Below, one piece after another: positions 18,195-27,774 of a stretch of 64,000 bases of DNA. The position numbers were made by a program, and so were the translations under genes. The notes below the pieces were generated by a model. That model ran no database searches. It was given only the letters and a program-made list of their open reading frames with translations, and was not told where the DNA came from. Source of the DNA: Pontiella sp. (GTDB lineage Bacteria > Verrucomicrobiota > Kiritimatiellia > Kiritimatiellales > Pontiellaceae); NCBI GenBank assembly GCA_036479375.1, contig JAZGFK010000140.1, positions 2,215-66,214 of the forward strand, written 5' to 3'. Numbering within the stretch: position 1 is the stretch's first letter; each line of letters opens with the position of its first letter.

Positions 18195-19862
18195 ATGTAC
18201 ATATATGCCTCCATCGCATTGGCTAGTATTTTGGCTGTGCTCGTTCCTGTACTATACTGGAATCGCAAGTTACGTTTAAAAGCAGGGCAACAGTCGCGGT
18301 TGTATGCCGGTAGCAAAAAACGCATTCTTCAAATATTTGAGAACTCGCCTGATGCGATTTTTATCGTCGAGGAAAATGGGAAAATTGTTGAAGCTAATAC
18401 GTGTGCCTGCAATACCGTTAAGTTGAGCAAGAACGAGCTGCTGACGAAATCAATTGGCGATATTTCACCTAAAGCCATAAACAGCGAAGTAGATTCGAAT
18501 CTGAAACAATTATTTTCCGGCGAAATGGTGCAATGCGAAAGTGCATTGATGGATCTGAACCACACGGTTATTCCAGTTGAAATGCTAGGTCGTGTTCAGG
18601 AGGTTGATCAACGGAAGATCCTTCAATTACACGTCCGCGATATTTCGTTGCGTAAAAAGGCAGAAGACAAAATACATGCCGCACGCCAGATGGCCGAAGA
18701 GTCATCGCAGATGGCTAATCAGGCGCTAAAACTGGCGATGCGCTCCAGTCAGTCAAAAAGTGAATTTCTGGCCGGCATGAGTCGGGATTTGCGAATGCCG
18801 CTGAATGATATTATCGGTATGGGCCAACTCTTAAGCGACAGCCAATCGAAGAGCGAACAGGGCCATTGCATTAACATCATTCAGCAATCTTCAGTCAGTC
18901 TGCTTAAAATAATTAACAACGTTCTCGATATCGCCAAAATTGAATCAGGACAGATGAATATTCATCCTGAAAGTTTCGATATACGGAAGTTGTGCGAATC
19001 GCTTCAACAACGCTTTCAGCAACAGGCCGATTGTTCGGGCATAAATTTATCGTGTCAGTGTCTGGATGGTGTGCCGCCATACCTTGTTGGTGACGAGGGG
19101 CTGATTGAACAGGTACTCGTGGTGCTGCTTACCAATGCATTGAAGTTTACCCCGTTTGGAACCGTTACCCTTAACGTCGAGTGTTTGTCGAAAAGCGCAT
19201 CCGGAGCAGGCATCTATTTTCAGGTGATCGATACAGGCATAGGAGTTTCCGATGAAAAACAGGCCACCATATTCACTACGTTTATCCAGACTGAGGATTC
19301 CGCAAAGTATCGCTACAGCGAGGCTGGACTTGGTCTGGCGATCTGCAAACGCCAGGTAGAACTTATGGGAGGACTTATGGGCCTGAGCAGCTCGGAAGGT
19401 GAGGGATCCACATTTTACTTTAATCTCTCCCTACCGCAGGCCGAAAAGCCGTTGTCAGACAACGCTCAGGAAATCGTAGTTCTCCGAAAGGGTATCCGTG
19501 TGTTGCTCGCCGAAGATAATCCGGTGAATCAAACAGTAGCATCTGCTCTACTGGTAAAAGCCGGTTGTCTTGTGGATGCGGTGGGCAATGGAAGGGATGC
19601 CGTTCTGCAAATCCGAAAGAAAGAGTACGATGTCGTGTTGATGGATTGTGAGATGCCGGTGATGGATGGCTTTGAAACCACTAAAAAAATACGTTCGATG
19701 CGCGAACCATTATGCCGGATCCCGATAATTGCTCTTACGGCAAATGCCATGAAGGACGATCATAAAAAATGTATTGATGGCGGAATGAACGATTACATTT
19801 CAAAACCGATCAACCGAGAAAAACTCATCAAGCTGATCAATCATCATGCGGTGAATGTGTAG
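18195..19862 (+). CDS. PAS-HisKA-HATPase-REC hybrid sensor kinase with H-box His replaced by Arg
   Basis: IFENSPDAIF (PAS), SEFLAGMSRDLRMPL, NALKFT, DTGIG, GLGLAI and REC MDCEMPVMDG. Confidence 0.92.
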   Translation: MYIYASIALASILAVLVPVLYWNRKLRLKAGQQSRLYAGSKKRILQIFENSPDAIFIVEENGKIVEANTCACNTVKLSKNELLTKSIGDISPKAINSEVDSNLKQLFSGEMVQCESALMDLNHTVIPVEMLGRVQEVDQRKILQLHVRDISLRKKAEDKIHAARQMAEESSQMANQALKLAMRSSQSKSEFLAGMSRDLRMPLNDIIGMGQLLSDSQSKSEQGHCINIIQQSSVSLLKIINNVLDIAKIESGQMNIHPESFDIRKLCESLQQRFQQQADCSGINLSCQCLDGVPPYLVGDEGLIEQVLVVLLTNALKFTPFGTVTLNVECLSKSASGAGIYFQVIDTGIGVSDEKQATIFTTFIQTEDSAKYRYSEAGLGLAICKRQVELMGGLMGLSSSEGEGSTFYFNLSLPQAEKPLSDNAQEIVVLRKGIRVLLAEDNPVNQTVASALLVKAGCLVDAVGNGRDAVLQIRKKEYDVVLMDCEMPVMDGFETTKKIRSMREPLCRIPIIALTANAMKDDHKKCIDGGMNDYISKPINREKLIKLINHHAVNV

Positions 19863-19896
19863 TAGTATTTGGAACCCGTCCCCGGCAGCAAAATCG

Positions 19897-20727
19897 CTAA
19901 CGCAACTTTAACTGCGCCAAACATTTCTTAAAATCACCAGGCAGAGGAGCTGTTGCGCGGATGGCTTCTTTAGTTTTGGGATGAGGAAAAATAATGCGGT
20001 AGGCGTGAAGCATCTGGCGTGGTTGTTCCAAGGAAAGTTCCTGACCGGTCCCTGCATATTTTTTATCGCCCAGAACGGGATGGCGCTTATTGGCAAGATG
20101 CAGGCGGATCTGGTGGGTCCGTCCGGTTTCAATACGCAACTCCAGATAGCTGGCACTCTTGTTTGAGTCGAGCGTCTTAACCAGGGTCGTCGATTGGTAG
20201 CCCTTGATATCGGTTCGGATTTCTTTCCATGTGGATGGGAATTTTCCGATGGTGATGGCGCGGTAGATCTTCATGATGTCGCGTCCTCGGAACATCGGGA
20301 TGGCCGTCTCTTTGGCTTCTTCGCTTTTGGCAAAGATCACGCAGCCGGACGTTTCTTTATCCAAACGGTGAACGGCACAGATTGCCATGTTCTTTTCCTG
20401 CTTTTGGAGTTTGGATTCAATGCTATCGTCGGACGCATTGGTCACAAAGAATGCAGGTTTATTGACGATCATATAATCTTTATCCTGCCAGAGTATCCCG
20501 ATGTGCTTGGCTTCGGGCTTTTTGTGGTCGTCAATCAGGATTTCAACGACATCGTTCTCTTTCATCTCATGCTTGCGGATCCAAATGCGCTTTCCGTTCA
20601 CGAGTACCAGCTTATTATCGATTGCCGCTTGCGCCTGCTTTTTTGAGATATTAAGCACTTCCGCGATGACTACGAAGAGCCGCTTGCCTTCGTCTTTATA
20701 TTTAACGGTAAAGTTTTGTGTTTTCAT
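19897..20727 (-). CDS. RluA/RluD-family pseudouridine synthase with S4 domain
   Basis: VNKP, VHRLDKETSG, TGRTHQIRLH, GDKKY and LHA. Confidence 0.94.
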   Translation of the reverse strand: MKTQNFTVKYKDEGKRLFVVIAEVLNISKKQAQAAIDNKLVLVNGKRIWIRKHEMKENDVVEILIDDHKKPEAKHIGILWQDKDYMIVNKPAFFVTNASDDSIESKLQKQEKNMAICAVHRLDKETSGCVIFAKSEEAKETAIPMFRGRDIMKIYRAITIGKFPSTWKEIRTDIKGYQSTTLVKTLDSNKSASYLELRIETGRTHQIRLHLANKRHPVLGDKKYAGTGQELSLEQPRQMLHAYRIIFPHPKTKEAIRATAPLPGDFKKCLAQLKLR

Positions 20728-20813
20728 AGGGGTTCCTGATTTAGCGGCGCATCATGTTTCGACTGCGGCGAAATAACAAGCCCCGTCGAGAGGGAAAACG
20801 GCGGAAAGGCGCA

Positions 20814-20868
20814 GGAGAGAAACAGCCTGGGAGAGAAACAACCTGGGAGAGTTGATCTCCAGATCAAC
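20814..20868 (+). repeat. 16-bp tandem repeat followed by a REP-like hairpin
   Basis: GGAGAGAAACA(G/A)CCTG twice, then GGAGA-GTTGATCT-CC-AGATCAAC. Confidence 0.75.
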
Positions 20869-20932
20869 CCCGCCTATTGAGCAACCCATGCCGCAGCGGG
20901 CGGTTTTATGGCAGAAAAATGAAGGGTAAAAA

Positions 20933-21181
20933 ATGTTTCCTCTAATAATTCGGAAGATCGGTGGTGATATTTCCGTCCTTCACGCGGGACAGACCGAACG
21001 TGTAGAGAACGCTGACCTGAGGAACGAAGACTGCGTTGCCCTCCGTCCGAAACGCTATACACCTCGTGAATGGTTTATCGCTCCGTTGGAAGTCATCGAA
21101 CAGGCCATTGCCCTCATCATTTCCGGTGAGATCGTGATTTGTAAGTATGACTCGGAATCAAAATTCATTGTGAAAAAATGA
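20933..21181 (+). pseudogene. C-terminal remnant of a GIY-YIG/T5orf172-like nuclease-domain protein
   Basis: KRYTPREWFIAPLEVIEQAIALIISGEI..CKYD resembles the PREWF end of that family; N-terminus missing. Confidence 0.55.
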
Positions 21182-21321
21182 GCGATAGCGATTACAAACC
21201 TTCGTATGTGCTGACGGAGCGGGTCGTAGATCTGATGGAACGGATCGGGGAGGCGCGGAAACTTGGAGAGACAGGCTGGAAGCGCTGTCCTACTTTGGTC
21301 CGACGCGGCGCGGTCGGATGA
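21178..21321 (+). pseudogene. N-terminal remnant of a Fic-family protein (translationally coupled, ATGA overlap)
   Basis: MSDSDYKPSYVLTERVVDLMERIGEA resembles the Y.P.Y.IT..I..L...I.E start of Fic proteins; truncated at a REP. Confidence 0.45.
21270..21293 (-). repeat. GTAG-type REP palindrome
   Basis: Minus strand GTAG-GACAGCGCT-TCC-AGCCTGTC. Confidence 0.65.
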
Positions 21322-21331
21322 AGGAGCGGGA

Positions 21332-22006
21332 TTAGCGCGGTTTTTCGGCGAGCCAAATGGTATGTCTTCGGCCTTTGGTTCCGCGGGCGCGGACGGTGAC
21401 TTCTTCTACTTTAAATCCGGTGCCACGAAGACGTTTGGTAAAGGATGCATCCGGTTCAGCGGACCATACGCCGAGAATGCCGCCGGGTTTCAGGGCGTTC
21501 TTTGCCGCATTAATGCCACCGCGTGTATAAAGCCGGTCATTACCTTTATGGGTGAGGGCGTCCGGGCCGTTGTCGACGTCCAGCATGATGGCATCATATG
21601 TTTCGCCTTTTTGCTTAATAACCAAACCAACATCGGATTCAAGGACAATGGTACGCGGATCGTTGAGTGGCTTATCGGCTAGCTCGGCCAAATGCGTCCG
21701 GTTCCATTTCACGACGGCGGGTACCAGTTCGGCTACGACCACTTCGGCCGTTTTTCCGAGCTGGTCGAGCGCCGTACGCAGAGTGAATCCCATTCCGAGG
21801 CCGCCGATAAGTACGCGCGGATTTTCTCGGTCGGCTACCTGCTTGCAGCACAGTTCGGCAAGAGCATCTTCCGATCCATGCATTCGGCTGTTCATCAGCT
21901 CGTCGTTCTGGACGGAAATCGAAAATTCGAAAGCGCGTTGGTAGAGTTTCATCGCTCCGCCATCACCGGGGACTTCAACTTCATCGAGTAATACCCACGG
22001 ATTCAT
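21332..22006 (-). CDS. Spermidine-synthase-like SAM-dependent methyltransferase
   Basis: ELMNSR.HGSE, VLIGGLGMGFTL, AIMLDVDNGP and LKPGGILGVWS. Confidence 0.85.
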   Translation of the reverse strand: MNPWVLLDEVEVPGDGGAMKLYQRAFEFSISVQNDELMNSRMHGSEDALAELCCKQVADRENPRVLIGGLGMGFTLRTALDQLGKTAEVVVAELVPAVVKWNRTHLAELADKPLNDPRTIVLESDVGLVIKQKGETYDAIMLDVDNGPDALTHKGNDRLYTRGGINAAKNALKPGGILGVWSAEPDASFTKRLRGTGFKVEEVTVRARGTKGRRHTIWLAEKPR

Positions 22007-22165
22007 TGAAAGGTTCCTTATTGGTTGGAAGGACGGGGATAGTGGTTCCATTAATATGAAAATACAAGCCACCTTTCAAAATGCTTATTTCATTGCCCGG
22101 AAATCACTCTCAGGGCATATTTGCAGTCAATTTCAACGAACAAAAAACTCTCAGGAGATCATATC

Positions 22166-23815
22166 ATGGAACAATTGAAGAAAAATGAAACTTTTGGCGG
22201 TCCTGAGGGGCCGGTCGTGCTGGTAATTATGGATGGCGTCGGCATTGGTAAGAACCCGGAAAGCGATTGCGTTCAGCTGGCAGATACACCAACACTGGAC
22301 TGGTTGCGCGATAATGCGGTCTACACAGAATTAAGAGCGCATGGTGTTGCGGTGGGCTTGCCGGATGATGGCGATATGGGGAACTCGGAAGTCGGCCATA
22401 ATGCAATCGGCTGCGGGCGTGTTTTTGAGCAAGGGGCGGCACTTATTGGTAAGGCACTTGGATCCGGCTCCATGTTTGAAGGGGCGGTCTGGAAGGAGTT
22501 GACCGCGAATGTTGCGAAGCATGATTCTGAATTACATTTCATTGGGCTGCTTTCCGATGGAAACGTGCATTCAAATATTAACCACCTTGAAACGATGCTA
22601 ACCCGTGCCAAAGCGGATGGCGTTAAGAAGATTCGTATTCATGCGCTGATCGATGGACGTGATGTGCCCCCAACTTCCGCATTTGAATTTGTGGACCGTT
22701 TCGAAAGTTTTTTGGATGGGCTGAATGCGGATGGATCTGTTGACTATTGCGTTGCATCCGGTGGTGGGCGTCAAAACATTACCATGGATCGATATGATGC
22801 CGATTGGAGCATGATTGATCGGGGCTGGACGGCACATGTGAAAGCGGAAGGCCGCACTTTTTCCAGTATGCGCGAAGCAATTGAAACGTTCCGTTCAGAA
22901 AAGCCGGGCATCAACGATCAGGACCTTCCTCCATTTGTTGTTGGGCGCGATGGCGTTGCTGTGGGCCCAATTAAAGATTCGGATAGCGTAATTCTGTTTA
23001 ACTTCCGCGGAGACCGTGCCTTGGAAATCACGAAGGCATTTGAAGCGGATGAAATCACCGAATTCGAACGTGGTCCTAAACCGGATGTGCTTTATGCCGG
23101 CATGATGCAATATGATGGCGACATGGGGATTCCTAAGAAATATCTGGTAACTCCTCCAGCGATTGATTGCACCATGAGTGAGTATCTTTCGAATGCGGGT
23201 GTGAATCAGTTTGCCATTTCGGAAACACAGAAATTCGGCCATGTGACCTACTTCTTTAATGGAAACAACTCCGGCAAGTTTTCCTCGGAAACCTGGATGG
23301 AAATTCCGTCCGACAATTGCCCGTTTGAAGATGCGCCGCGCATGAAAGCCGATGAAGTTACCGACGAAGTCGTGAAGGCCATCGAAAGCGGGGACTACCA
23401 GTTTATCCGATTGAACTACCCGAATGGCGATATGGTTGGCCACACCGGTGATTTTGAAGCGGTGAAGGTTTCACTTAAAGCCGTTGACGAAGGATTAGAG
23501 CGCATTATCGAAGCCCTTAAGAAGACCAACGGCATTCTGGTTTGCTCAGCTGATCATGGTAACTCCGACGATATGTGCGAGCTCGATAAAAAAACAGGCG
23601 AAGTGAAGCACGATGAAAACGGGAAAACGCTCCCGAAAACCTCGCACTCACTCAACCCGGTTCCAGCCTATGTCTACGATGCGGCCGGCGCATCCAACGT
23701 ACGGAAGGCTGATGTTCCGGATGCCGGCATTGCCAATCTTGCTGCAACGTGCATTACCTTGCTGGGCTATGTGCCGCCGGCAGATTACACCGCCAGTATT
23801 GTTGACGTGGGCTAG
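22166..23815 (+). CDS. gpmI: 2,3-bisphosphoglycerate-independent phosphoglycerate mutase
   Basis: MDGVG, MGNSEVGH, SDGNVHS, NFRGDRA, NGDMVGHTG and ADHGN. Confidence 0.96.
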   Translation: MEQLKKNETFGGPEGPVVLVIMDGVGIGKNPESDCVQLADTPTLDWLRDNAVYTELRAHGVAVGLPDDGDMGNSEVGHNAIGCGRVFEQGAALIGKALGSGSMFEGAVWKELTANVAKHDSELHFIGLLSDGNVHSNINHLETMLTRAKADGVKKIRIHALIDGRDVPPTSAFEFVDRFESFLDGLNADGSVDYCVASGGGRQNITMDRYDADWSMIDRGWTAHVKAEGRTFSSMREAIETFRSEKPGINDQDLPPFVVGRDGVAVGPIKDSDSVILFNFRGDRALEITKAFEADEITEFERGPKPDVLYAGMMQYDGDMGIPKKYLVTPPAIDCTMSEYLSNAGVNQFAISETQKFGHVTYFFNGNNSGKFSSETWMEIPSDNCPFEDAPRMKADEVTDEVVKAIESGDYQFIRLNYPNGDMVGHTGDFEAVKVSLKAVDEGLERIIEALKKTNGILVCSADHGNSDDMCELDKKTGEVKHDENGKTLPKTSHSLNPVPAYVYDAAGASNVRKADVPDAGIANLAATCITLLGYVPPADYTASIVDVG

Positions 23816-23830
23816 CAGGAAAAAAGTTTG

Positions 23831-23882
23831 AAGACCGTATAGATGCAAAAGCAGATTTAAATTTCTTCTTTACGGTCTTTTC
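23831..23882 (+). terminator. Possible terminator hairpin after gpmI
   Basis: AAGACCGTA...TACGGTCTT inverted repeat followed by T residues (long loop). Confidence 0.4.
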
Positions 23883-23902
23883 TTAAACGCAAATTGAGCT
23901 TT

Positions 23903-24391
23903 ATGAAATATCCACTTTCCCAACTTATCGCGGTCCTATTTTTGAGTGCAACTGCGGTTGCTCAGGACGCTGACGTTCTTTCGCCATCCAAGCTCGATAC
24001 GTATATGGAAACGGGTATGGAGGTGGCCGGAGTCCGGGCTCCATATTATGATGAAGAAGGTAACCTGAAAGCCCAGCTCTATGGGGGATATGCCAAGGTG
24101 CTCGAAGGTGGAATTGCGGATGTGAGCAACCTGCGAATCGATGTTTTTCAGGATAAAGAAGTCATCATGACTGTATTTGCTCCTCAGTGCTTTACCAAAA
24201 TCGAAGAAGCGGATGGACGAAAAATTCTAACCGTTTATTCAGATGGGGATGTGCTGATTGATATGGAGCAAATGACCATTTCCGGTCGGGGTTTCCGTTT
24301 TACATCGGAAAAGAACCAGTTTGAAATCCAACATGAATCCAAAGTGCTTGTGAAAAAGGCCGCGCGCGATATGAAGGGGGTGGAGTTGTGA
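23903..24391 (+). CDS. LptC-like LPS export protein
   Basis: Signal/TM, beta-jellyroll-like sequence (ISGRGFRF), first gene before lptA-like and lptB. Confidence 0.6.
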   Translation: MKYPLSQLIAVLFLSATAVAQDADVLSPSKLDTYMETGMEVAGVRAPYYDEEGNLKAQLYGGYAKVLEGGIADVSNLRIDVFQDKEVIMTVFAPQCFTKIEEADGRKILTVYSDGDVLIDMEQMTISGRGFRFTSEKNQFEIQHESKVLVKKAARDMKGVEL

Positions 24392-25473
24392 TCCGTCTCT
24401 TTTTAAAAATAACACTCTGTGGTTGCCTTTGCCTATTGAGTGCATGTTCCAAGCGGGAACGCTCGGATCCGGATGCGGAAGAGTGGGCAACTATTCAGGC
24501 GATGGCTGATGATGCGGATACGGTTCCGCTGGTTGAAAGTGTGGAGTCGAATCAGAGTACTAAAGCGGAAGCAATGACGACCGCTCCGCCTGGCGAATTT
24601 GGTGCATTTATCCGGCGCCTGGAACAGATGAAAACAATCGAACGAAAGAGCGGGCAAACGCTCCTGACGGGGGAACGTCTCGTCTTTGATCATGACCGGC
24701 GGTATGTGCGTATGGATCATGATGTGGTGGTTACAGATGACCAAGGCACACTTGAAACGGAAGGTCTTGTCGGCCGGTTTTCAGTTTCCAACGAAGTGGA
24801 GTATATCGAGGCGATGGATGGCGTGGTGATCCGAAGTGAAGGTCGGGAAGCCAGAGGAGACCAGGCAGTCTATAATTATCAGACCGGATTTGTTCAATTG
24901 GAAGGAATGGCCGTTGTTTCAGATGGCGGAACGCGGCTTTCGGGCGAACGGATTGAACTATGGATTAAGGGCGATCGAAAAATGGTTTGCAAACCCAACG
25001 CATTACTGGAGATTACTGGAGTTTCCGACCTTATGCTTGATGGGATTGAGAAAAGTACAGGCGAGGATACTGAGGTTCGTGCTGACAGCATTATTTATGA
25101 TGAATCCAGAGGCATGGCAGAGTTGCTAGGGAATGTTCGAGTGCGCGATCCGCATGCTGCAATAAACTGTGAAATCGTGCGAATATACCTAAAAGAGGAT
25201 AACGAAATAGATTGGATCGAGGCAGAGTCCGAGGTAATAATACAATCTGACGAGAGGAAGGCATTAGCCGACCGGGCAACCTATCATGTGGATGAGGGTA
25301 AATTCACCTTGGAAGGTGACCCGAAGGTTAAGCAGGGACAACATATTATGACGGGCGATCGGATTATATTCTGGCATGAAACGCGGCGAATGGTTTGTGA
25401 ACCGAATGCCCATATTCTGCTGTATCTGGACGAAGTAACCAAAGCGAAATTCCTGAAAGATTTGAACGATTAA
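24388..25473 (+). CDS. LptA/OstA-family LPS export lipoprotein with tandem OstA domains
   Basis: Lipobox-like LSAC; two repeats of ARGDQAVY..QLEG / ALADRATY..TLEGDP; adjacent to lptB. Confidence 0.75.
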   Translation: MIRLFLKITLCGCLCLLSACSKRERSDPDAEEWATIQAMADDADTVPLVESVESNQSTKAEAMTTAPPGEFGAFIRRLEQMKTIERKSGQTLLTGERLVFDHDRRYVRMDHDVVVTDDQGTLETEGLVGRFSVSNEVEYIEAMDGVVIRSEGREARGDQAVYNYQTGFVQLEGMAVVSDGGTRLSGERIELWIKGDRKMVCKPNALLEITGVSDLMLDGIEKSTGEDTEVRADSIIYDESRGMAELLGNVRVRDPHAAINCEIVRIYLKEDNEIDWIEAESEVIIQSDERKALADRATYHVDEGKFTLEGDPKVKQGQHIMTGDRIIFWHETRRMVCEPNAHILLYLDEVTKAKFLKDLND

Positions 25474-26211
25474 ATGGCAACTGAAGAAACCTATCTGATT
25501 CGAACTGAAAAGTTGGTGAAGGCATACAAAGGCCGCAAGGTCGTGCGTGAAGTTGAGATCAATGTAAAGGCTGGCGAAATTGTCGGCCTACTCGGCCCAA
25601 ACGGCGCGGGTAAGACCACCAGTTTCTACATGATTGTTGGTCTGGTACGACCCACGAGCGGCAAAGTATTCTTTAATGGCAAAAACGTAACGAATACGCC
25701 GATGTATAAGAGGGCGCGAATGGGTATGGGCTATCTCTCACAGGAGCCTTCCATATTCCGTAAATTGACCGTGCGGGAAAATGTACTCTCGATCCTCGAA
25801 ACACTTCCCATCTCAGGAAAGGAACGCATGCAACGTCTGGAGAGTCTTCTTGAGGATTTGAAGATCAGCCACCTGGCAAAGCAAAAAGCGTACACGCTTA
25901 GTGGTGGCGAACGCCGCCGTCTTGAAATTACCCGTGCTTTGGTAACTAATCCTTCGATTATCCTGCTCGACGAACCGTTCAGTGGGGTGGATCCGCTGGC
26001 GGTAAATGATGTTCAGGATATTGTTTGTGATTTGCGTGATAAAGGTTTAGGTGTGCTGATTACCGATCATAACGTGCGAGAAACACTTGCCGTGGTTGAC
26101 AGAGCTTATTTGCTCTGCGAAGGGCAGGTGCTCAGCGAAGGAAATAGTGAATTCTTAGTCAATGACGAAGTGAGCCGTGAACTCTATCTGGGTCCACGAT
26201 TCAGTATGTAA
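25474..26211 (+). CDS. lptB: LPS export ABC transporter ATPase
   Basis: GLLGPNGAGKTT, YLSQEPSIFRKL, LSGGERRRLEI, LLDEPFSGVDP and TDHNVRETL. Confidence 0.97.
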   Translation: MATEETYLIRTEKLVKAYKGRKVVREVEINVKAGEIVGLLGPNGAGKTTSFYMIVGLVRPTSGKVFFNGKNVTNTPMYKRARMGMGYLSQEPSIFRKLTVRENVLSILETLPISGKERMQRLESLLEDLKISHLAKQKAYTLSGGERRRLEITRALVTNPSIILLDEPFSGVDPLAVNDVQDIVCDLRDKGLGVLITDHNVRETLAVVDRAYLLCEGQVLSEGNSEFLVNDEVSRELYLGPRFSM

Positions 26212-26232
26212 CACAACTGAAAGGAGCAAGCC

Positions 26233-26529
26233 ATGAAAGTGAGTATTACAGGACGGCATGTCACGGTAACCGATAACGTCAAAGCACATGTTGAGGACAA
26301 ACTTGAGCGATGCCTGGGCATCTTTCCCCGAATTGAAAGTGTTCACGTAATACTTGATATAGAAAAACGCGATCAGGTTTCTGAAATTGTCATTCAGGCA
26401 TCGAATCATATCCGAGTTACATCAACAGAAAGATCGGAAAACCTGTTTGATGCCATAGACCGATCAATCGAACATGCAGAACGTCAGATGCGCAAGCAAC
26501 GCGACAAGATTCAGGATCACCACAGATAG
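26233..26529 (+). CDS. hpf: Ribosome hibernation promoting factor (short HPF)
   Basis: MKVSITGRHVTVTD..K.HVEDKL and LFDAID. Confidence 0.9.
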   Translation: MKVSITGRHVTVTDNVKAHVEDKLERCLGIFPRIESVHVILDIEKRDQVSEIVIQASNHIRVTSTERSENLFDAIDRSIEHAERQMRKQRDKIQDHHR

Positions 26530-26559
26530 AAATTAGACCAGTACTTCAGGAGATAAATT

Positions 26560-27498
26560 GTGGCTATTACCGTTAAAACCTTATGGGACGATGGGGCTGA
26601 AAAATTACAGCTCAGCGTTATTGCAGGAAAACAGTATCTGGATCGTAAGCTTCCCGAAACCGCGATGAATCGCCCGGGACTGGCATTAACGGGATTCTTT
26701 CAATACTTTGCGAATCAGCGCCTGCAGATTTTTGGTCTTGCTGAATTCACCTATCTAAAAAGCCTTAAACAGGCTGAAAAAGTAAAACGATTGGAAGAGT
26801 TGTTTGAGCAGCAAATACCGGGAGTTGTCATTACCCGAAACCGCAAGGCGCCAAAGGAAATCCTTGATCTGGCAGAACGGTACAAGGTCCCCGTATTTCG
26901 TACACCAATGGTAACCATGAACTTTGTTAACGAGTGTACGGTGATTCTTGAAACGCTCACCGCGCCACAGGAGCGTGTTCAGGGAACGTGCATGGAATTG
27001 ATGGGAATAGGCGTTTTGCTGCGGGGTGATCCGGGTATAGGAAAAAGTGAAACTGCGCTTTCGCTCATTGAACGGGGATACAGTTTGGTCTCAGACGATG
27101 TCACCGAAGTGCGGCGTACAACGCGCGGTCAGCTGGTCTGCTGGGCAAACGAAGTTACTCGCTATCATATGGAGATTCGCGGGCTTGGAATTATCCATGT
27201 GCCCAGTCTTTTCGGAGTGGCCGCGATCCGCCGGCAAACCGAGTTAGATTTAGTTATTGATTTGAAAGCGCCGTCTGGAAACGAAGATCGAACCGGTATT
27301 CATCCTGAAACGGTCGCGATTCTGGATGTTGAAGTTCCATGCATAACCCTTCCGGTTCGTTCCGGTAGGGACATGGCGAATATTGTAGAAGTGGCGGCCC
27401 TGAATCAGAAGCTGAAGGAGCTGGGGCATGACGCGGCCAAGGAACTGGACGATAAAATCATAACGCGGCTAACAAAAAGGCGAATTCGCAATGGCTGA
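26560..27498 (+). CDS. hprK: HPr(Ser) kinase/phosphorylase
   Basis: NRPGLALTG, GDPGIGKSETAL, LVSDD and MEIRGLGII. Confidence 0.96.
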   Translation: MAITVKTLWDDGAEKLQLSVIAGKQYLDRKLPETAMNRPGLALTGFFQYFANQRLQIFGLAEFTYLKSLKQAEKVKRLEELFEQQIPGVVITRNRKAPKEILDLAERYKVPVFRTPMVTMNFVNECTVILETLTAPQERVQGTCMELMGIGVLLRGDPGIGKSETALSLIERGYSLVSDDVTEVRRTTRGQLVCWANEVTRYHMEIRGLGIIHVPSLFGVAAIRRQTELDLVIDLKAPSGNEDRTGIHPETVAILDVEVPCITLPVRSGRDMANIVEVAALNQKLKELGHDAAKELDDKIITRLTKRRIRNG

Positions 27499-27769
27499 GG
27501 ATCTGATCGAAAAGAAATTCAAAGTCACGAATGAATATGGAATTCATGCTCGTCCTGCTGCATTGCTTGTGAAAGCTGCGGGGAAGTATGAGTGCGATAT
27601 TTTTGTTGAAAAGGACGGCAACAAAGTGTCCTGCAAGAGCATCATGGGCTTGATGACAATTGAGGGTTACCCAGGCAGTACAATGAAGGTAACGACTTCA
27701 GGTGATGATGCTGAGGCAGCGATGAATGAGATCGAGGAATTGTTCGTTAACAAGTTCTACGAGGATTAG
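27491..27769 (+). CDS. ptsH: Phosphocarrier protein HPr
   Basis: GIHARPA (His15) and KSIMGL (Ser46). Confidence 0.95.
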   Translation: MAEDLIEKKFKVTNEYGIHARPAALLVKAAGKYECDIFVEKDGNKVSCKSIMGLMTIEGYPGSTMKVTTSGDDAEAAMNEIEELFVNKFYED

Positions 27770-27774
27770 TTCCT

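Noticed and set aside
20814-20868. Possible mini-CRISPR
   Set aside because: Units are 16 bp and contiguous with no spacers; no cas genes; better explained as REP foot duplication
21263-21682. 139-aa plus-strand ORF
   Set aside because: Antisense to the methyltransferase and starts next to a REP
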